From an uncultured Kordiimonadaceae bacterium (lineage in GTDB: Bacteria > Pseudomonadota > Alphaproteobacteria > Sphingomonadales > Kordiimonadaceae), in contig CAXBKT010000001.1 of NCBI GenBank assembly GCA_963976155.1, forward strand, positions 1,308 through 65,307: DNA of 64,000 nt, given 5' to 3'. The notes beneath the pieces are model-generated. The model worked only from the letters and a program-made list of their open reading frames with translations. It was not told where the DNA came from and searched no databases. Positions 53,693 to 64,000 of this stretch are shown in pieces. How positions within the stretch are numbered: position 1 is the stretch's first letter; each line of letters begins with the position of its first letter. Made by a program: the position numbers and the translations under genes.

Positions 53693-53826
53693 CCCGTTTT
53701 CACACAATATTGTGATACGTATTGGTTTTTCTTCCTAAGCGCCCCACTTCATTTGGCAAATGCTGTATGATCCTAGGGTAGCCTGTTTGCCTACCCTACA
53801 TAATGTGCCAACAGGAGATAGAAACA

Positions 53827-54519
53827 ATGACCCTTACCGTGTGCGGTTTAATTGGCTCCCCCTTCTACAGGAAGGTCTGTACCATCCTAAATGAAAAGGG
53901 TGTTGAGTATGAAACTGAGGTGCTTAACCCTTTTCAAGCTGATGAAACATTCACTGAAATCAGTCCAATGCGCCGGGTACCACTTCTAAAAGATAGCGAT
54001 GCTGGAGAGGATTTCATTTTACCTGATTCCAGTGCGATTGCTCAATATATTGAACGCAAACACCCTACACCCTCATTGTTACCTGAGAATTTGGCTGACT
54101 ATGGTAAAGCACTATGGATAGAGGAATATGCTGATACCGAACTGGCAGGAACGATCGGCCTGAAAGTTTTTCGTTCTGTTGTTTTCCCCCAGCTAGCTGG
54201 GCAAGAACCAGACTTGGATACGGCCCTAAGCGCAATTCATAACAAACTCCCCCCAATTCATGACTATTTAGAAAAGCAACTCGAAGGCCGAGACTGGTTT
54301 GCGGGAGATAGCTTCAGCATCGCTGATATTGCCATCGCAGTACATTATGGAAACCTAGCCTTTACTGGCTATATTCCATCACCTACACGCTGGCCAAACT
54401 TGGCAGCCTTTATGAGACGTGTCGGAAGTAGAGAAAGCTTTTCTGGGCTCCATATCAAGGCTGCGACGTTGTTCGCCACCATGAAGAAAATAGAAATCGA
54501 CCCGTCGGAGGGAATATAA
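53827..54519 (+). CDS. Glutathione S-transferase family protein
   Basis: SPFYRKV, RVPLL, DSSAI, FSIADIA. Confidence 0.9.
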   Translation: MTLTVCGLIGSPFYRKVCTILNEKGVEYETEVLNPFQADETFTEISPMRRVPLLKDSDAGEDFILPDSSAIAQYIERKHPTPSLLPENLADYGKALWIEEYADTELAGTIGLKVFRSVVFPQLAGQEPDLDTALSAIHNKLPPIHDYLEKQLEGRDWFAGDSFSIADIAIAVHYGNLAFTGYIPSPTRWPNLAAFMRRVGSRESFSGLHIKAATLFATMKKIEIDPSEGI

Positions 54520-55202
54520 TGATTGATCTATATACAGCAGCCACCCCAAATGGCTGGAAGGTTTCAGTAACACTTGAAGAATTAGGGTTACCCTACACAG
54601 CGCATACCATCAAGTTGATGGACGGAGAGCAAAAGAAACCTGAGTTTCTAAAGTTGAACCCAAATGGCCGCATACCTGCAATTATAGACCGCGATGCCGA
54701 TGATCTCACCATTTTTGAATCTGGCGCGATCATGATCTATTTAGCTGAAAAAACAGGAAAACTACTACCGACCAACACCAAAGACCGCATGAATGTCCTG
54801 CAATGGCTGATGTTTCAAATGGGCGGCGTTGGCCCCATGATGGGACAAGCCAACGTCTTCTACCGTTATATGGAAGAGAAAATCTCAACAGCCATCGCTC
54901 GATACCAAAACGAAGGCCGCCGCCTCTTTGAGGTAATGGACGGGCATTTGGCGCATCAGGAATATTTGGCAGGTGACTATTCCATTGCCGACATCGCTAA
55001 CTGGTGCTGGGTACGAACACACAATTGGTCAGGCATTGATACAGATGGCTTAGAAAATTTGCAGCGCTGGATAAATGCCATTTATGAACGCCCTGCTGCT
55101 CTCAAAGGCATCAAAGTACCTGAAGATTTTTCTGATATTTTAAAGCGCGAAGAAAACGCCGAAGAATTTGCCAAAAGCGCTAGAAAAATGGTGACCAAAT
55201 AG
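54519..55202 (+). CDS. Nu-class (YfcG-like) glutathione S-transferase
   Basis: ATPNG, NPNGRIP, FESGAI, YSIADIA. Confidence 0.92.
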   Translation: MIDLYTAATPNGWKVSVTLEELGLPYTAHTIKLMDGEQKKPEFLKLNPNGRIPAIIDRDADDLTIFESGAIMIYLAEKTGKLLPTNTKDRMNVLQWLMFQMGGVGPMMGQANVFYRYMEEKISTAIARYQNEGRRLFEVMDGHLAHQEYLAGDYSIADIANWCWVRTHNWSGIDTDGLENLQRWINAIYERPAALKGIKVPEDFSDILKREENAEEFAKSARKMVTK

Positions 55203-55221
55203 CGGAAAGAATGACGGCTGA

Positions 55222-56783
55222 CTATAAAACTTCCGCCTTCGCACTAACAAGACCAACATTTGGTTTACCAAAGTAATAGCCTTGGCCGTAGTCAACTCCG
55301 ATTGCGGTCAAGAGCTCCGCGTGTTCCTTAGTTTCCACCCATTCCCCAACGGTGACGATACCTAGATCCTTACACAAGGTAACCATTGAGCGCAAAAACG
55401 CCCGATCTTCACGACTTTTAGTCGCATTGCGCACATAATCGCCATCGATTTTAAGTGCATCAACTTTCAATTTTTTCAGATACTGAAATCCAGCTGCACC
55501 GGCACCAAAATCATCTAAATATACCCTGAAGCCTTCAGCTCGAATTTCCTCAAGCGCCTCGCCAAGCATATCAAGGTCGTGGATCTTTGCAGATTCAGTT
55601 ATCTCGATAGAGAGGTATTTTTTTAAGTCCTTATTACCCTTCAATATTGAAATTAGGTCGAAAATGAATTCCGGGTCCGAGAGAGAGCGCCCAGAAACAT
55701 TAACCGCAATACCCGGTGCACTCCCTTTACGTAATAATTCCCGTAGTTTTTGAATAGTACGATTAAGTACAGCAGTATCAAAATCACTGATCAACCCGAC
55801 ATCTTCTGCAAACCGGATCATTTCCCACTGACTGTTAATCATCGCAGGCAAGTCAAAACGTGTTAAAGCTTCAAAATGATGCGTTGTTCCTTTTTTTAGG
55901 TCGACGATCGGCTGATAAACAAGAGAGAAAGACCCTTCTGCCAACACATTCCGGAACGCTGCTACTCGCTCGGTTGTTTCACCAATCAAAGTACTGCAAT
56001 TTTCCTCAATCTGTTTAACATCGAAACCTTGGCTATCTTCTGCAAAGTGCTGAAGACTAAAAATCATGGCGCGCATACTGTCTTTTTGACTAAGCTTTGC
56101 CTCAGATGCATCGATAGTTGCCGCCTCAATCGCAACACCTGTCGCGTTCTTGATTTCTTCAGCGTAGTTAATTTTAGGACCATCTTCTTTACTTTTTTCA
56201 TGCACAAAAGCAAATTTATCATCACCTAGCATCGCAGCATGATTACCACCTACAGAGTAGGATTTCAGGTATTGCTCAAGATCCCGTTGCTTTTCAGCGT
56301 CCAGTTCCTGATTGGCACCCGCCTCAACAACTGTGACCTGCATATTCTGCTCAGCATCGCTATTACCTTCAAAAAGCCCTTCCAAGCGGGAAAAGAATTC
56401 TTTTTTATTCTCTTACTCGGCCCCTTCATCCCAACTCGGTAAGGTTTCGAAAGTACGAAATAAAAGCGGTCCTGAGCTGTTGGGAGCTTAGCCATGAAAA
56501 CAGCAAAGGGCTCTTTTGCGCCGCCCTTTGGGCCCACTGACACAGTGAAAGGGCCAAGGCGGTTCGAGCCATTAAGCATTCCAGTAGAACTTTTGATTAA
56601 GCCTTGACCTTTTTCAGTCAATAAATCGAGAAAATTAGTACCAGCCTCAGTCTTTAGACTTGAGCCAAAGGTTTGATTAACAGCCCCATCCGCATTTTGG
56701 ACATTAAAATCTTGGTCAAGCTCAAGAAGCACATCCCCTACGCAGAAGGCATACCCTAAGAATCTATCTGGTACTTTACTCAT
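55222..56783 (-). pseudogene. PAS-like + EAL (c-di-GMP phosphodiesterase-type) gene split by a one-base frameshift; may be recoded or a sequencing error
   Basis: 5' ORF 56783-56265 and 3' ORF 56385-55222 join by a -1 shift at 56400-56406; EAL motifs FEAL, IEITE, LDDFGAG, KIDG, EWVE, QGY are intact. Confidence 0.75.
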
Positions 56784-57098
56784 TTAAGTAACAATCATTT
56801 GGCAAATAGCAATCATTTGGTAAAAAATATTTATTTTTAAGTAGAGTATCCGGCGCCAGAGTATCAGTGCCAAATCACAAACGTATCAAATAAATCCATC
56901 CTTTGTTTTCGCATAAGCATAGTTATCAAAAGGTAAAAAAGGCGTAACTGCAAGCAAAAGAATTTCTCAAACACATGATAATGGAGAAGGAATTTGCCGA
57001 ACATATTAAATGCGCCATATTTACAACGTAAGCGCAAAAGCATCTAACGGGAACAAGTACATCTATAGGTACTCCCGCAGTCGACAGGGAAAGTAAGA

Positions 57099-58952
57099 AT
57101 GTTCTGGAACGCACTAGAAAAACCCAACCGCCGTGAACTTATCCGTTCTGCAACAGCAGCCGCCGGCATTACGGCAATATCTGGTACGTCTATAGCTTCG
57201 AGGAGATCTATCGGGCCTTCGTTCACACATGGCGTTGCAAGTGGCGACCCCCTTCAAGACAGCGTCATCCTCTGGACACGCGTGCTTGACCAAACTGATC
57301 TTACCAGAACTATTAAAGGTGAATGGCAAATATCCAGCGACAATTTATTTACTGTAGTGTTGAAAAGCGGCACCTTCACAGCAGGTCCAGTTCGTGACTA
57401 CACCGTTAAGGTCGATGCCTCTGGCCTAGAATTTGGCCAAACTTACTATTATCGCTTCATAGCTGAAGGGGCAATAAGCTCCGTTGGCAGAACAAAAACA
57501 CTCCCTAAACAAACAGACCGCATCAATCTTGCTGTTGTTTCATGTGCCAACTATTCCCACGGATACTTCAGTGTTTACAAAGAGATAGCAGATCGTTCCT
57601 TTCAAGCAGTTTTACACCTCGGTGACTATATCTATGAATATGCTGTTGGCAAATACGAGAACCCCGAAGCAATCAAACAAGGTCGTATTGCAAAACCAAA
57701 AACAGAGGTAATCTCTCTGGAAGATTATCGCACCCGTTACGCACTGTACCGGAGTGACCCGGACTTACTCGCCGCACATGCTGCCCATCCGTTTATTTGC
57801 GTATGGGATGACCATGAAGTCGCTAACGATTCATGGAAAAACGGTGCTGAAAACCATAATGAGGGTGAAGGTGACTATAAGGAAAGGCAGAAAGTCGCCA
57901 TGCAAGCCTACCGTGAGTGGCTACCTATCCGAGAGACAAATGACGTTATCCAAGGAAAAATATATCGCAGCTTTGAACTTGGTCAGCTAGGTACTTTAAT
58001 CATGATGGATACACGCCATATTGGTCGGGATCGTGTACTCGACTACACTCAAGACCTACCTATGCGTACAATTCCATTTAACATGTGTAATCCTGATAAG
58101 CCTATTGCCATCCTTGATGAAAAATCCGCAGAAGGTGTCCTTGAAGACAACATCAAACAAATAGCCGTACCTTTCAAACTGGAAAACGGCACGGCAACCC
58201 CTATGACTGACTGGGCAAGCATTAAAACACTTGACCCTAAAAGTCTTCCCGCGGGTTATACTTATCTTCCAGACACCGATAAGTTTCAATCCAGTATACT
58301 CGGTGACGAAGCGCGAAGTATCATGGGTGAAGCGCAGGAAAAGTGGTTAACCACAGAATTAAGACGCTCGGCTGAAGTAGGAAAACCCTGGCAAATCTTA
58401 GGCCAGCAATTACTTGCCGGCAAATTGGGCATCCCCCAGCTGTCAGATGATGAACTGGATTACGAAAACTCCCAATACATCACACCAGAAGTTATGTCTT
58501 TTTTCCGCATGCTAGGGAAAATGGGCCTCCCCCTTAACCTTGATGCATGGGATGGCTACCCAACCTGTAGAGACCGCACCTACGCCGCCATTGCCGAGAA
58601 TGCTAACAATGCTATTTTTCTGGCGGGCGACACCCATAATGCTTGGGCCTTTAATCTCAAAGACAAAGACAAAAATGCTATTGCTGTTGAACTCGGTACA
58701 CCATCAGTTAGTTCTCCCGGGTTAGAATCCTATATTCCAGCAAACCCTGCCCGAGTAGCTGAGGAGCTTATGCGGGCTAGTAGTGAGCTTCACTACGTCA
58801 ACAGTAAAAACCGGGGCTGGCTTGAGCTCACAGTTACAGAATCCGTGCTAAAAGCTGATTGGCGCTTTGTCACTACAGTTCTCAGCAAGTCATATGAAGT
58901 CATTGAAGGGCCAACTTATACAGTTAAGGCGGGTCACCCAGCCCTAACCTAA
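57099..58952 (+). CDS. phoD: Alkaline phosphatase D, Tat-exported
   Basis: Tat signal NRRELI, HGVASGDP, HLGDYIYE, WDDHE, DAWDGY, GDTH. Confidence 0.94.
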   Translation: MFWNALEKPNRRELIRSATAAAGITAISGTSIASRRSIGPSFTHGVASGDPLQDSVILWTRVLDQTDLTRTIKGEWQISSDNLFTVVLKSGTFTAGPVRDYTVKVDASGLEFGQTYYYRFIAEGAISSVGRTKTLPKQTDRINLAVVSCANYSHGYFSVYKEIADRSFQAVLHLGDYIYEYAVGKYENPEAIKQGRIAKPKTEVISLEDYRTRYALYRSDPDLLAAHAAHPFICVWDDHEVANDSWKNGAENHNEGEGDYKERQKVAMQAYREWLPIRETNDVIQGKIYRSFELGQLGTLIMMDTRHIGRDRVLDYTQDLPMRTIPFNMCNPDKPIAILDEKSAEGVLEDNIKQIAVPFKLENGTATPMTDWASIKTLDPKSLPAGYTYLPDTDKFQSSILGDEARSIMGEAQEKWLTTELRRSAEVGKPWQILGQQLLAGKLGIPQLSDDELDYENSQYITPEVMSFFRMLGKMGLPLNLDAWDGYPTCRDRTYAAIAENANNAIFLAGDTHNAWAFNLKDKDKNAIAVELGTPSVSSPGLESYIPANPARVAEELMRASSELHYVNSKNRGWLELTVTESVLKADWRFVTTVLSKSYEVIEGPTYTVKAGHPALT

Positions 58953-59227
58953 GCAACAGTAAAAAACACTTGAAAGTGGGCATTGTATGACGCTGGCCAC
59001 TTTCAAACAGGTACAAAAATATTGTTAATCACATAAGCTATTGATTTTATTATTAATTATTAACTTTGTTTTTCAAAGTTCTTTGTGTATAAAAATAAAC
59101 GCGAACCAAAGCGTTGTAACTTTCGTATTGATAGCTATCTAGAAAATACAATCGTTCGTGTCTTTTGCTTGAAGGCTCAAAGCCTTGCGTTAGACTGCTT
59201 GTGTAAATTGTGAAGGGGGACCCTACC

Positions 59228-60280
59228 ATGGATGACAAGAGCGAGCTGCTAAGCCAACTAAAGATAGACCGCACAGAAGAACCTTCTTCAAGTGGCGTCT
59301 CAGTAGTTGCTGTTGTTGTCTTGATGCTTACAGCTGCTGCCGCTGGCGGCGTTGGCGCATGGACTTTGTTAGATAAAAACCCTAACCCCAACCAAACGGC
59401 AATAACACCTCAAAGCATTCCTCCGTCCAAAGCTGTTTCAACAACAGAGGCATCTCCAGAAGCAGCTACTACGCCTGCGGTCGAACGCCCCGTTGATGTA
59501 TCTGAGAAAATACTAAACGCTTCTGGTTATATAACCGCGCGCCGTATGGCCACTGTATCTGCAGAGATTATGGGCCTCATTACCGAAGTGAATGTAGAAG
59601 AAGGCATGTCAGTAGAAACCGGGCATGTACTCGCAAAACTTGATAGCGCGGTCGCGACCGTAAACCTGAATTTTGCAAAAGCACAAGTCACTGTCGCAAA
59701 AGCCCGCCTTGGCCGTATCAACGCTATCCTCTCAGAAGCAAGGCGTGTATTTGAGCGCACCAAAGAGCTTAACAAATCAGACTTTTCCACAGTCGCAAAC
59801 CTTACACGCGCTCAAGCCGACGTAGAAAGCTTCGAAGCGGACCTCATGAGCGCTCAGGCTGACATCACCGTCAGCGAACTTGAGGCAGAGCGCCAACAAG
59901 AACGGCTCGACGACCATACTATTAAGGCCCCCTTTGGCGGCGTGGTAACAGTCAAGAATGCACAGCCAGGTGAGATTGTTGCCCCTTCTTCAGCAGGAGG
60001 TGGTTTCACACGAACTGGGATTTGCACCATCGTTGACATGGACTCGCTTGAAATTGAAGTTGATGTAAACGAGGCCTTCATTGGCCGAGTATTTGAGGGT
60101 CAGAAGGTTGAGGCTAATCTGGACGCCTATCCAAATTGGACAATCCCAGCCTCAGTGATTGCGGTTATCCCAACGGCAGACCGCGCAAAAGCAACCGTGC
60201 GTGTGCGCATAAGAATTGATGAAAAAGATGCCCGCATCCTACCGGACATGGGCGTAAAAGTGGCTTTTTTAAAGGCCTGA
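59228..60280 (+). CDS. MacA-like periplasmic adaptor (membrane fusion protein)
   Basis: N-terminal TM, ASGYITARR, APFGG, PDMGVKV. Confidence 0.92.
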   Translation: MDDKSELLSQLKIDRTEEPSSSGVSVVAVVVLMLTAAAAGGVGAWTLLDKNPNPNQTAITPQSIPPSKAVSTTEASPEAATTPAVERPVDVSEKILNASGYITARRMATVSAEIMGLITEVNVEEGMSVETGHVLAKLDSAVATVNLNFAKAQVTVAKARLGRINAILSEARRVFERTKELNKSDFSTVANLTRAQADVESFEADLMSAQADITVSELEAERQQERLDDHTIKAPFGGVVTVKNAQPGEIVAPSSAGGGFTRTGICTIVDMDSLEIEVDVNEAFIGRVFEGQKVEANLDAYPNWTIPASVIAVIPTADRAKATVRVRIRIDEKDARILPDMGVKVAFLKA

Positions 60281-60327
60281 GTTACGACAAAACATACCAG
60301 TGAGAGATAATTTAAGGGGACTATAAA

Positions 60328-61023
60328 ATGGCAAGTGATATCCTTTACGACCTACGCAAAGTTTCAAAAAGCTTCGTTAAAGGTAAAGAAAAAATCACAA
60401 TTTTTGACGGGCTAGACATGTCCATCAAACAAGGTGATTTTTTGGCAATCATGGGGCCATCAGGGTCCGGTAAAACCACCCTCCTCAATATGCTTGGCGG
60501 TGTAGACCAGCCAACTGGGGGGGAAGTGTGGTTTGATGGTAATCGTGTCGATAATCTTTCTGAGGGCCAACTTGCAAAATGGCGTGCAAACAACATTGGC
60601 TTCATTTTCCAGTTTTATAACCTGATGCCGATGCTAAACGCAGAGCGCAACGTCGAATTACCTCTGCTTCTTACAAACCTCAGTGCAAAGCAGCGCAAAC
60701 AGAGTGTTGCAACCGCCCTTGAGCTTGTCGGCCTTGCAGACCGTGCCAAGCATATGACAAGTGAAATGTCAGGCGGCCAACAACAGCGTGTCGCCATTGC
60801 AAGAGCAATCGTTTCTGATCCGAAACTGATGCTGTGCGATGAGCCAACAGGTGACCTTGACCGTAAAACAGCCGACGAAATTCTTGAGATGCTTCAGCTA
60901 CTGAACGAGAAATTTGGGAAAACTATCGTGATGGTAACACACGATCCTTCTGCTGCCACTTACGCCAAGCGCACACTTCATTTAGATAAAGGTGAGTTTG
61001 TTGCCAAGGAACTCGCAGCATGA
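60328..61023 (+). CDS. ABC exporter ATP-binding protein (MacB/LolD-like)
   Basis: GPSGSGKT, MSGGQQQRV, CDEPTG, VTHD. Confidence 0.95.
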   Translation: MASDILYDLRKVSKSFVKGKEKITIFDGLDMSIKQGDFLAIMGPSGSGKTTLLNMLGGVDQPTGGEVWFDGNRVDNLSEGQLAKWRANNIGFIFQFYNLMPMLNAERNVELPLLLTNLSAKQRKQSVATALELVGLADRAKHMTSEMSGGQQQRVAIARAIVSDPKLMLCDEPTGDLDRKTADEILEMLQLLNEKFGKTIVMVTHDPSAATYAKRTLHLDKGEFVAKELAA

Positions 61024-62333
61024 AAGCCCTGAACAACATAGTTGGCAAAATATTTGGTGCCATAGGCTGGCTTATCAAAATGATACTGCTAGCCATAACC
61101 AGCCCAGTTTGGGTTCCCTTTTGGCTATTAGCTTGGTCGGTAGAAAACGTCCCTATTATCAGAAATTTTTTCATTACAATCGATCTATATTTACCACTAA
61201 AAAATCTATCCCGAAAACCACTTCGTTTTGCTCTAACAAGCGTTGCAATTTTTGTGGCTTTCCTAATATATGTCGCGCTCACATCGTTTGATGATGCCAT
61301 GAATGCTGGGGTGGAACTTTCCGCCGACGACCGTCTGATCTCGGTCAATAAAATTAACTTCACACAACCACTTCCTATTTCGTACGTTCGAAAAGTAGAA
61401 ACTGTGGAAGGCATTGACAGTGTAGTGCACATGAACTGGTTTGGTGGTTATTACCAAGACCCTCGGCAACAAGTTTTAACCTTTGCTGTTGATGAGACAA
61501 AATTACTTGATGTTTACAAAAGTTCAATTGACGTAGCTGATGACCAGCTCAAGAAGTGGCAACAGAACCGTCAAGGAATTCTTGTTGGGGAAGCCATCGC
61601 CAAAACACATGGCTGGAAACTTGGGGATCGCATACCGCTAAGTTCTAACATCTTCTCACAGCAAGATGGTAATTCTACTTGGGAGTTTGTAGTTGAAGGC
61701 ATCTACAAGGGCGTTAACGTTCAGGACGACACCAACGGCGTTTATATCCATTATAAATATTTCAATGAAACACAGTCATTTGGTGGTGATTACATTGGAT
61801 GGATGGGCATCAAAACAGTCGATCCAAGTGTAAACGAACAAGTTATCAAAAAAATTGACGAAATGTTTGTGAACACACCTTTTGAAACCGAAACAGTTCC
61901 GGAAAAAGCTTTTAATAAAAGCTTCTTGGCACAACTTGGTAACATTGGACTGATTGTGACATCCGTTGTGTTTGCAGCCTTCTTCATTATCCTTGTCATT
62001 GTTGGCTTCTCAATGGTTCTCGCGATCAGAGAGCGCACTAACGAAATTGGTGTAATGAAAACACTTGGCTTCACTTCCGGACGTATCTTCAAGATGGTAC
62101 TTGTGGAATCCACCCTTCTGACCCTTATAGGTGGAACGGCAGGATTGGCTGCGGGAACGTTTGTACTAGACATGCTAAACAACGCACCACAGTTTCCTGT
62201 TACCGTCATTCTGAAAGACTACATCGTATGGCAAACAATTGGCCTTATGTTGTTCTTCGGCTTGATAACAGGCGTTATTCCTGCACGAAGCGCTCTCAGA
62301 CTTAACATCATCACTGCGCTTAGTCGCCGATAG
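61020..62333 (+). CDS. MacB/FtsX-type ABC permease with N-terminal extension
   Basis: RERTNEIGVMKTLGF; TM-periplasmic-3TM topology. Confidence 0.92.
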   Translation: MKALNNIVGKIFGAIGWLIKMILLAITSPVWVPFWLLAWSVENVPIIRNFFITIDLYLPLKNLSRKPLRFALTSVAIFVAFLIYVALTSFDDAMNAGVELSADDRLISVNKINFTQPLPISYVRKVETVEGIDSVVHMNWFGGYYQDPRQQVLTFAVDETKLLDVYKSSIDVADDQLKKWQQNRQGILVGEAIAKTHGWKLGDRIPLSSNIFSQQDGNSTWEFVVEGIYKGVNVQDDTNGVYIHYKYFNETQSFGGDYIGWMGIKTVDPSVNEQVIKKIDEMFVNTPFETETVPEKAFNKSFLAQLGNIGLIVTSVVFAAFFIILVIVGFSMVLAIRERTNEIGVMKTLGFTSGRIFKMVLVESTLLTLIGGTAGLAAGTFVLDMLNNAPQFPVTVILKDYIVWQTIGLMLFFGLITGVIPARSALRLNIITALSRR

Positions 62334-62347
62334 GAAAGGACTAGCTA

Positions 62348-63538
62348 ATGTTTAATATCTTTTCCCAAATTGGGACTGTTATAGCCATGAATATCAGAAG
62401 CCTACCTCAGCGTTTCTGGATGGCCTTTGCTGCAACACTTGCCATCTCTGTTGTCGTTGCGGTGCTCCTTTCGTTTTTATCCATGTCCAATGGCTTCAAG
62501 AAAACACTTGAAGGTGCTGGTTCAACCGAAACCGCCATTATCACGCGCAGTGGTTCAAGGTCTGAACTGAACAGTGTTTTGTCAAACGACGTAGTGAAAA
62601 TCGTCACGTCCTCACCTGGCATTGCCAAAAATGAAAACGGCCAACCCATCTACTCCGCCGAGCTTTATGTTGTTGTTGACGGCATCAAACGGACAACACT
62701 CACTGAAGCTAATCTGCCTATGCGAGGTGTTTCACAGGCTGGTATTGATCTACGCGGAAACGTCGAAATTATTGACGGGCGTATGTTTGAGGCCGGACGA
62801 AATGAAATCATCGTCGGAGAAGCGGTCTTAAGAGAGTTTTCTGGCTTTGAACTTGGCCAATCTGTTCGCTTCGGCAAAACAGAATGGACCGTTGTTGGTG
62901 TATTCAGCACCGGAGGGTCAGCTTTTGAAAGCGAACTATGGGCCGAGGCAAGAACTGTCCAGACACAGTTTCGCCGTGGCAGTAGCTATCAAACAGTCCG
63001 CATTCTATTAGAAGAACCGGGTGATGTTTCTGGAATCCTAAAAACCATCGAGGATGACCCACGTCTTATTCTTGATGCAGAAACCGAAGCAGATTATTTC
63101 AAGGAACAAGGCGAAGCGCTTAACGGCATGGTCTATCTGGGCTGGATTCTTAGTATTCTAATGAGTGTTGGTGCCCTCGCTGGCGCTCTCAACACAATGT
63201 ACACATCTGTATCTGAACGCGAACAAGAAATCGCTACTCTGCGGGCTATTGGTTTTAGTAACGTCTCTGCTTTCTTTGGCACACTAACTGAGTCACTTTT
63301 GCTTTCCATCATTGGCGGTGTGATCGGCGCAATTGCTTCATACATGTTCATGGACGGCCTAACGACCTCAACAATAGGCGGTAACTTTACGCAGGTTGCT
63401 TTCACATTTTCCATGAGCCCTGAGCTGTTCACAAACGGCATTATCCTAGCGCTTGTGATTGGGCTTGTTGGCGGCTTCTTCCCTGCTTGGCGCGCCGCAC
63501 GTCTACCCGTGGTTCTTGCTTTCCGCGGCGGTGCCTAA
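62348..63538 (+). CDS. MacB/FtsX-type ABC permease
   Basis: EREQEIATLRAIGF, FFPAWRAARL. Confidence 0.92.
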   Translation: MFNIFSQIGTVIAMNIRSLPQRFWMAFAATLAISVVVAVLLSFLSMSNGFKKTLEGAGSTETAIITRSGSRSELNSVLSNDVVKIVTSSPGIAKNENGQPIYSAELYVVVDGIKRTTLTEANLPMRGVSQAGIDLRGNVEIIDGRMFEAGRNEIIVGEAVLREFSGFELGQSVRFGKTEWTVVGVFSTGGSAFESELWAEARTVQTQFRRGSSYQTVRILLEEPGDVSGILKTIEDDPRLILDAETEADYFKEQGEALNGMVYLGWILSILMSVGALAGALNTMYTSVSEREQEIATLRAIGFSNVSAFFGTLTESLLLSIIGGVIGAIASYMFMDGLTTSTIGGNFTQVAFTFSMSPELFTNGIILALVIGLVGGFFPAWRAARLPVVLAFRGGA

Positions 63539-63556
63539 ACAAAGAACTCACCTCTC

Positions 63557-63586
63557 GGGCTGCCCCTTCGAGGGCAGCCCTTTTTT
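63557..63586 (+). terminator. Intrinsic terminator of the exporter operon
   Basis: GGGCTGCCC-CTTCGA-GGGCAGCCC-TTTTTT. Confidence 0.9.
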
Positions 63587-63677
63587 CTCCAAAAACTTTT
63601 CAAAAAACACTAGTCACAACATGTTGGCTATTCCAATAATAATAGGTTAGCGCATCATATCTACCAATGCTCACCTG

Positions 63678-64000
63678 CTACTTCATCTGAGCAGACCCTG
63701 CCCCAGCAGGCACACGAATATCTTCCACAAGGTGCTGAATTTCCTCGGGAACAGCTGGGGTGAAACGGTCCACAACTGCTGCAACTCCAAAGTTCAAGAA
63801 CATACCAAGCATGCCGATACCTTCAGGAGAAATACCAAACCACCAGTGGTCTGCAGAATTCAGCTCAGGGGCTACAAATTTGAAATACACAATATACCCA
63901 AAAGTAAAGACTAACCCACTAACCATACCCGCAATAGCGCCTTCTTTATTCATACGCTTGGAGAAAATTCCCATTAGAATAGCTGGAAACAAGCTTGCCG
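63678..64000 (-). CDS. Sodium:solute symporter (ActP-like), 3' part only
   Basis: ASLFPAILMGIFSKRMNKEGAIAGM, FGISPEGIG, VEDIRVP. Confidence 0.88.
   Translation of the reverse strand, partial: ASLFPAILMGIFSKRMNKEGAIAGMVSGLVFTFGYIVYFKFVAPELNSADHWWFGISPEGIGMLGMFLNFGVAAVVDRFTPAVPEEIQHLVEDIRVPAGAGSAQMK

Noticed and set aside
53827-55202. GST pair as lignin beta-etherase (LigE/LigF) system
   Set aside because: The N-terminal motifs do not resemble LigE/LigF as I recall them; only a functional analogy is kept.

Overview
A 64-kb, gene-dense chromosomal window from an alphaproteobacterium (aa3 cytochrome-oxidase operon flanked by tldD and SURF1-thrC-M16, plant-type GshA, TorF-type porin; a marine Kordiimonas-like taxon is only my impression). 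I found no rRNA, tRNA, CRISPR array, integrase or transposase. Content: housekeeping genes (cox operon, thrC, ppa, ubiA, rsmE, gshA, uvrB, aspartate aminotransferase, feoAB, dps), a polyamine operon (type III decarboxylase + deoxyhypusine-synthase-like SpeY + agmatinase), redox/detox genes, a TetR-linked esterase/ALDH/SDR/GST cluster, PhoD and a MacAB-like exporter. The most notable signals are outside the ORF track. (1) A three-hairpin RNA with CCUCCC-type anti-Shine-Dalgarno loops (cuckoo-like sRNA) lies in the 3' UTR of a sigma54-preceded porin gene (41938-42100). (2) An EAL gene is split exactly at an in-phase A_AAA_AAG slippery heptamer (56400-56406); this is programmed -1 frameshifting, a natural indel or a homopolymer sequencing error. 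(3) A 23-bp palindrome GTACTGACA-N5-TGTCAGYAC is shared by a GST promoter and the uvrB/porin divergent region. (4) Two secreted Lys-rich proteins share an unrecognised ~37-aa module. (5) Several small ORFs are missed by the track (42 aa in the cox operon, a 55-aa very basic protein, a 48-aa uORF before the decarboxylase). Product calls come from motif recognition, not database searches. Where a downstream start with a better RBS exists, I give that start.
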